Both the position numbers and the translations under genes were made by a program. Positions 56,734-64,000 of a stretch of 64,000 nucleotides of DNA are shown here, piece after piece; the stretch's first letter is position 1, and each line of letters begins with the position of its first letter. Location: positions 27,590,001-27,654,000 of the forward strand of contig OX597840.1 of the NCBI GenBank assembly GCA_951406725.2, in the 5' to 3' direction. The DNA comes from Octopus vulgaris. Its lineage: Eukaryota. The notes beneath the pieces are model-generated. The model was not told where the DNA came from, did not search any database, and worked only from the letters and a program-made list of their open reading frames with translations.

Positions 56734-57295
56734 AGTTTTAAATGTAAAAAGTGCGCCATCTTCAATAGAATTTCTTAATTTGTCTTATACATGTATATTT
56801 TAGCTAACGTTTTAATTGCCAGCATCAGTACCCAGTACACATTTAAGATATGGTACGGTTGGGTAGGGTATTATGATATTTTAAATGAGGAGGGTGGTCA
56901 ATGTGGAAGGAGAAGTGGTTAGATGGGGTCGATGCTGAAGGAGAGGTGGCTAAAGTGGGGATCAATGGTCGAAAACGTTTGGTGAACTCTGGCTTAATCT
57001 CCTTTGAAATTTAATTTTGATAAAGATAAAACAATGGGTTAACAATTTTTTAAATGTAGTTTTAAATGTAAAACGTGTGTCATCTTCAATAGAATTTATT
57101 AATTTGTCGTACGTGGATATTTTAGCTAACATTTTAATTGCCGGCATCAGTACCCGGTACACATTTAAGATATGGTATAGCAGGGTAGGGGTATTAAGTT
57201 ATTTTAAATTAGGAGGGTGGTCGATGCAGAAGGAGAAGAGGCTAAAGGGGATCAATAGGGAAGGAGAGGTGGCTTAAGAGGGTCGGTGGTCAAAA
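56734..57295. repeat. Diverged tandem duplication, period 324 bp
   Basis: 56734-56975 aligns with 57058-57295 (AGTTTTAAATGTAAAA..CATCTTCAATAGAATTT..GCATCAGTACCC..TACACATTTAAGATATGGTA). Confidence 0.88.
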
Positions 57296-57619
57296 GACTG
57301 CTTTAGACTTTGCTTAGAAGTAGCCTAGGGTCAAACAAAAACAACTATTAACACCGCTATGACTATCACCTCTAACAGGATGACCTCTTTTGCACTGTCA
57401 TCAATATCAGTGATGATTGCAAATCGCCGCGCTATATGAAACCCTTCCTTCACAAAGGTTAATCTAAGCAGCAAGCCCTTCAAATAACAAAGCGAGCTCT
57501 GAAGACATCTTTCCAACTGCTATCTTCACCAAGACAAGATGGCTTATCCTGTCTCTCTCATAAGCTGTCTCCTTAATCCTTTCAGAATAATTTTCCCATC
57601 GTCTTGACTTAACAGCCCT

Positions 57620-58025
57620 AATCGTTTGTTTTTACTGTGTTATTCTCTTTGTTCTGTCTTTTACTGTTTTTATTTGTATTGTTTTTACTGTCCTGTTCTT
57701 GTTACCACTTTAACCCTCCGCAAGAAATCACAAATTTTATTTAAATTGCTTTGCGGGAAGGATTGTTTGAACGAAGTTACGTCTTGTCCTTACCTTCGGA
57801 ACGCGGAGTAGTTGAAACAGGGACAACTGAAGAAGGGGAATTTTCCTTGTGTTGTATGTCGTGTACTCTGTTTTTTCGTTGTTCGAAAAAAAGTTCGTTT
57901 CCATGTTTTTGTTTTTATGTTTTCGTTTCTCATTGTGTTCAGCGTTTTGTTTTTTGATGTTCTGTACCCATAGATGCATGTATATATACATATAGATGTA
58001 GGTATGTACATATATGTATGTATGT
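57620..58025 (+). mobile_element. Interspersed repeat, homologous to 13850-14320
   Basis: Collinear shared blocks with the 13850 copy. Confidence 0.75.
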
Positions 58026-58253
58026 ATGCATATATTTATATATCATAGCACGTCAGGCGAAATGCGTAGCCGTATTTCATCTGCCGTTACGTTGTGAGTT
58101 CAAATTCCGTCGAGGTTGACTTTGCCTTTCATCCTTTCGGGGTCGATAAATTAAGTACCAGTTACGCACTGAGGTCAATGTAATCGACTTAATTCGTTTG
58201 TCTGTCCTTGTTTGTCACTTCTATGTTTAGCCTCTTGTGGGTAATAAAGAAAC
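58026..58253 (+). mobile_element. SINE family A, slightly 5'-truncated
   Basis: Match to 10926-11160. Confidence 0.9.
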
Positions 58254-58445
58254 ATATATTATCCTATATTATATTATATTATACTATATTATTCTATGTG
58301 AGCTGGTTTGTCTGCTAGAAACAGTAACCAAATCTTCTTAAATTGTACATAATGTTATCTTAAGTGTTCGTGGATGTATTAATATTGAATGTATGTTTCG
58401 TTCAAAAGTCACCAAGTGCTAAGCAACAACACTAACGACCACTGT

Positions 58446-58461
58446 TGCTGCCACCTGGTGG
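58446..58461 (-). promoter_or_regulatory. CTCF consensus motif
   Basis: Minus strand CCACCAGGTGGCAGCA matches the CCASYAGRKGGCRS core and lies in non-repeat sequence. Motif only, no binding evidence. Confidence 0.45.
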
Positions 58462-58664
58462 ATAGTACCAGCGGTTTATTTAGTTATAATAATAAGAGTA
58501 AGCGTGCTTGCGGAAGTTATACTCCATGTTGGACGTAATGGCTCTATCTTAAAACGCTGATAAGAAGAAAAGGATAAAGAAAGAAAAAAAAAAACAAAGA
58601 TAAGATGCAACGATGGACAAACCCTAAGTACTGAAAACGAAGAGGGTTTTAAAGAGACAAACCT

Positions 58665-58744
58665 CTAAAAGAAAAAGAAGGAAGAAGAAGAAGAAAAAGA
58701 AGAAAGAAAAGAAGAAGGAAAATAATAATAATAATAATAATAAC

Positions 58745-58804
<60 letters not shown>

Positions 58805-59420
58805 AAGAAGAAGAAAGAGAAGAAGGAAGGAAGAAGAAGAAGAAAGAGTAGAAGGAAGGAAAGAAGAAGAAGAAGAAGAAGAAGAAGAAGAAGAAAATGA
58901 AGGAAAAGGAGGAGGACGACGAGAACGAGAAGAAAATTAAAAGAAGCATGAATGAATGAATGAATAGAAAAAGAAAAAAGAGGGAGAAGAAGAAGAAGAA
59001 GAAGAAGAAGAAGAAGAAGAAAGAGAAGAAGAAGGAAGAAAAAAGAAAAGAAAAGAAAGAAAATGAAGGAAAAAGGAAGTGGTCGACGAGAACGAGAAGA
59101 AAAAGGAAAAGAAGAAGAATGACTGAATAGAAAAAGGAGGGGACGAGAAGAAGAAGAAAAAGAAAGAGAAGAAAAAGCTGTAAAAGAAGAAGAAGAACCT
59201 GTAAAAGAAGAAGAAGGAGAAGAAGGAGAAGCAGAAGAAGAAGAAGAAGAAGAAAAAGAAGAAGAAGAAGGAAAAGAAAATGAAGGAAAAAGGAGGTGGA
59301 CGACTAGAACGAGAAGGAAAATGAAAAGAAGAAGAAGAAGAAGAAGAAGAAGAAGAAGAAGAAGAAGAAGAAGAAGAAGAAGAAGGAAAAGAAGAAGTAG
59401 ACGACGACGATGACAACGGC
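58665..59420. repeat. (GAA)/(AAT)-rich low-complexity tract with duplicated blocks
   Basis: Three AAAATGAAGGAAAA..GACGAGAACGAGAAG-type blocks within GAA runs. Confidence 0.9.
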
Positions 59421-59698
59421 GACGACGCGGCAGCAGCCGTTATTTTTCTTCAGATCGCTGTCAAAACTAAAGCGAAGATTTGAAGAATGCCACGTGTTAG
59501 TCTTTTTAAATGGTGCTTAACCTGTTTTCCTTTTTAATCCCGTACGGCAGCCTGACCACGTGTCTAATTCAACGTTGACTGACGGGAAGACAGCGTTCAG
59601 GCGCTCGGAATGTTGGTTTGGTCACCTGACCAGTTTGTTATTACAACAAGAAACAAAAAATCAAAATGCTATATACATATATATATATGTGTATATAC

Positions 59699-59788
<90 letters not shown>

Positions 59789-59825
59789 GTGTGTGTGTAT
59801 ATATATATATGTGTATATATATGTA

Positions 59826-59904
<79 letters not shown>

Positions 59905-60245
59905 GTATGCGTGTGTGTGCGTGTGTGTATGTGTTTGATATTTGTAAGGGTATGTGTTGGGGGGGGGGGGATCTGATCGGTGGAGGTGGTCGGTGGAGGT
60001 CGGTGGAGGTGGGAATGGAGGAAGACTGTTTTTTTGAGATTTAAAGCACTTAATCGCTAGTTAATCGCTACTTTGCTTAAAATATCGGCAAGAATGGTGT
60101 GCTGCGTGTGAGGAGTTTGGGGTTGGGTGGAGGGCAAGACTTGGAGGCGGCACGGTGGGAACGGCGGGGATGTTAGTGATGAGAGAGTGAGAGAGAGAGA
60201 GAGAGAGGTAGGGAGAGTGAGAAGGGGGTAAGGAGAGAGAGAGAC

Positions 60246-60294
<49 letters not shown>

Positions 60295-60375
60295 AGGTCA
60301 GGTTAATCCACTGTACTATGCTCCCTCTGTTGCTGTTCTGTCGGGAACTGCTAAATTCTTAACATGGATCAAAAA

Positions 60376-60516
60376 GGCGCAGGCGTGGCTCTGTGGCAAG
60401 AAGTTTCGCTCTCAATCACATAGCACTGGGTTCAGCCCCACTGGCACGTTGTCTTAGATCACCTGTGAACTAAATCCCCATACAACGTGTATATATATAT
60501 ATATATATATATAGAT

Positions 60517-60579
<63 letters not shown>

Positions 60580-61066
60580 TAGATAGACAGATAGATAGGC
60601 AGGCAGGCAGGCAGACAGACAGGTAGACAGTCAGATAGATAGGGTAAAGGGGGAAGCAGATAAGGTTTATCCGTGGAAAGAAAAGCCTACGGAAAAGACC
60701 ACGGTAACCTCGGTCAATAATGTCACCTGTTAACACATTTGCTTGCAAGTAGGTAACCCTCTGTTTTAAATTTTTCCGGGTTCGTAGAATTATGCTGATG
60801 GTGGCTCCGTCATTCATACGTGCCATCCTTGCTACATTCACCCATCTTTTTCTGAAGCATTCGCTAGACAAAACTTGTCTCTCTACTCTCACTTTCATTT
60901 TCAAGTGATACTTGAAGAAGTTGATGAGAGATTGATCAGAGAGGAAAGTGTTTGTCTCCAATCCTTTCAGGTGCGTCCACCAGATACATTGTTTCGCCAT
61001 AGCCACAAGTGTGATGAAAATAGCTCTTCCTTGCCGTCTGAGATAGATACATAGATAGATAGAAAA

Positions 61067-61099
<33 letters not shown>

Positions 61100-61310
61100 C
61101 AGATAGATAGATAGATAGATAGATCTTTATATGTGTGGCTTTGTGTCTATGTTGGTGTGTTGACGTCCTTGTAACTTAGCAAATGAGACCGATAGAATAA
61201 GTACTAGGCTTAATAAAAAAAAAACCCTGGGAGCGATTTCCACAACTAAAAACCCCCTGAAGGCGGTGCTCCAGCATGGTCGCAGTCAAATGACTGAAAC
61301 ATGTAAAAGG
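60376..61310 (+). mobile_element. SINE family B split by a LINE fragment (head 60376-60455, tail 61135-61310)
   Basis: GGCGCAGGCGTGGCTCTGTGG head and CTCCAGCATGGTCGCAGTCAAATGACTGAAAC tail flank (GATA)n and the insert. Confidence 0.7.
60642..61040 (-). mobile_element. 5'-truncated L1/Tx1-like LINE 3' end
   Basis: Minus translation AIFITLVAMAKQCIWWTH..LINFFKYHLKMKVRVERQVLSSECFRKRW resembles the AK..IW..R / F...W C-terminus of Tx1-clade ORF2. Short 3'UTR; (CTAT)n on both sides. Confidence 0.65.
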
Positions 61311-61644
61311 AAATGGGTTGAATTTTTTTCAGAAATGGAAGATTTGAAATCATTAAAAAAAAAACAAATAAAGGATTTCATTATTTGTGAATAGTAAAGG
61401 TATGCCTCAGAGGTGAATGCTAGATGGGGGCGTTACAATTAATTTCTGTACGCCATTAAAATAGAATAATAACTGTTGGTCGCATAGAGAGTAATTACAA
61501 TTCTTAATTAGAATCATAATTATAAATGTAATTATTAATGTATTATCTGAATATTGCACATTGGTTCCGATATTCCCTGGCACTATACAAGTGTGTATTA
61601 TATTTATGTATACATACATTTCTGTATAGACATTAACAGAGATA

Positions 61645-61726
<82 letters not shown>

Positions 61727-61727
61727 C

Positions 61728-61765
<38 letters not shown>

Positions 61766-61831
61766 CTACATTTGTATATACGTGTATATATATAAGTATA
61801 TATATACATATATTTATGTGTATATATATAA

Positions 61832-61871
<40 letters not shown>

Positions 61872-62145
61872 CTTATGTGTATATATATATATATACATAA
61901 TATATGAACATATGTATATATATACATATATTTATGCGTATGTATATACATATATATGACATATACATATATGTACTTTTGTGTAATATCCAAATATTTA
62001 CATATCATATTTAGATATAATTTATGTAGACACATATATATGTATAATAATTATGTATTTGTACATATGTATGTATATATACATATATATATATGGTAAT
62101 TATATATTTGTATATATACGTAAATGTATATATTTATATGTAGGA

Positions 62146-62190
<45 letters not shown>

Positions 62191-63178
62191 TGTATACATA
62201 TGTACAGTGATTATATATTTGTATATATACATGTATATCTTTATATATATAGACGCATACACATACACCCACGCTCACATACATATGAATTTATACACAT
62301 ACATCCATACGCTTTGAACCGCAGACATACATACGTTCAAACACACATATATGATATTTCATAAATGCATATTATATAGCCTTGTGTGCGTTTGTCTGAA
62401 TGTAAGCGCGCGGATATAGAAAGTAATTCATTCATACAAAGATGAATGAAATATTGGAATCGATATTATCGATCTGTAAAAACCCTTGAAGGTGGTGCAT
62501 CAACATGGCGGATGTCCAAGAATCAAATACCAGGATAAGAAAACAGATTGGCGCTAGCCTACTAAAAATAGATTATTATTAATATATGATAATAAAGCAG
62601 AATATATTAATCCGTTTAAATACGAAAAAAAAAAAAAAAAATCTGACGGGAATTTTATATGAAATTTAGTTGTATGTGAGTCACAGATAGTATTGGGTGA
62701 ATGGGAGATTCGAAACTGTGGACTATATGTGAGGAGATAAGGGGAATTTTTGTTAAAAAATATGTGGGGTTATTGCCCCAGCAATAAGAATACAAAAACG
62801 AAACAAAAAAATATAATGATAGAAAGGCCACGTGTTCGAAATATATTGATAATGAATCATACAAAGAGGTACACACGTATTCACACACACACAAAACACA
62901 CACAACACACACATGCATACAAAGAACTATCCCACCCACATATTCGGCGGGCTTCTTTCAATTTCCATCTACCAAATATAGCTTTTATCACATGGCTTTA
63001 ATCCAACCGAAGGTATAGTAGATGACGCTTGACCGAGTTGCCATACATACATATGTTGATATATTTATATATAAATACATATACATACATATATATATTC
63101 ATATATACATATAAATATATATATTTATATATGTAATGACACTTGCCCAACTTGCCCAACTTGCCATACATACATACA

Positions 63179-63209
<31 letters not shown>

Positions 63210-63225
63210 TTACACACACCTATGA

Positions 63226-63289
<64 letters not shown>

Positions 63290-63385
63290 GTATATGTATT
63301 TCTATATAAAAGCATATACATAAATATACATTTATACAGGTATGTACATACATATATAGAGAGAATTACACATATAGGTATCTAT

Positions 63386-63462
<77 letters not shown>

Positions 63463-63491
63463 CATACAGCTATATATATACGTTCATATAC

Positions 63492-63596
<105 letters not shown>

Positions 63597-63638
63597 TACA
63601 CATATACATATATGTATGAACACACACAAATTCACAAA

Positions 63639-63735
<97 letters not shown>

Positions 63736-64000
63736 TATTTGATTACTCTTTAAGTTTATATTTATACGTTGTTTAAACAGGATTACATCATCATGGCAAA
63801 ACGTTCCGTGCGGTTGACGTTACGCTAAATTTTAATGTGTTTTGGGAATGGCGGCCATAGTATTTAAATGTGTTGCACGGCTTTCATTGGTGATGAGGTT
63901 GGTCTGGAGATTGTTAACGTGATTGGCAGTGTTCTCAATGACGTCCGTTCATTTTGACAGCTATCAGCGTGTGGTGATTAACTCTCTAGTAATCAAAGGT

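Noticed and set aside
57405-57505. GTGATGA ... CTGA as a C/D snoRNA
   Set aside because: No terminal stem and no recognisable rRNA/snRNA guide.

Overview
This is a repeat-saturated, AT-rich animal genomic window. It is most likely an octopus (coleoid cephalopod), an inference from the tRNA-derived SINE families with internal (TA)n/(TG)n tracts and the extreme microsatellite density. I found no supportable host protein-coding exon: almost all listed ORFs are translations of microsatellites or SINEs, so this looks like a large intron or gene desert. Supported content: (1) one structurally perfect tRNA-Gln(TTG) at 55817-55888, fused to a retroposon-type 3' tail; (2) dozens of copies of at least four tRNA-head SINE families; (3) decayed non-LTR retrotransposon pieces, namely an R4/Dong-like restriction-endonuclease end in (TAA)n and two L1/Tx1-like pieces beside (CTAT)n; (4) Penelope-like terminal-repeat remnants with minimal hammerhead-ribozyme motifs; (5) Helitron-, Helentron-, hAT- and Tc2-like non-autonomous elements; (6) five long foldback inverted repeats; (7) several cryptic minisatellites; (8) short unique islands with CTCF-like and developmental TF motifs. 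Family names come from motif recognition, not database searches, and repeat boundaries are approximate.
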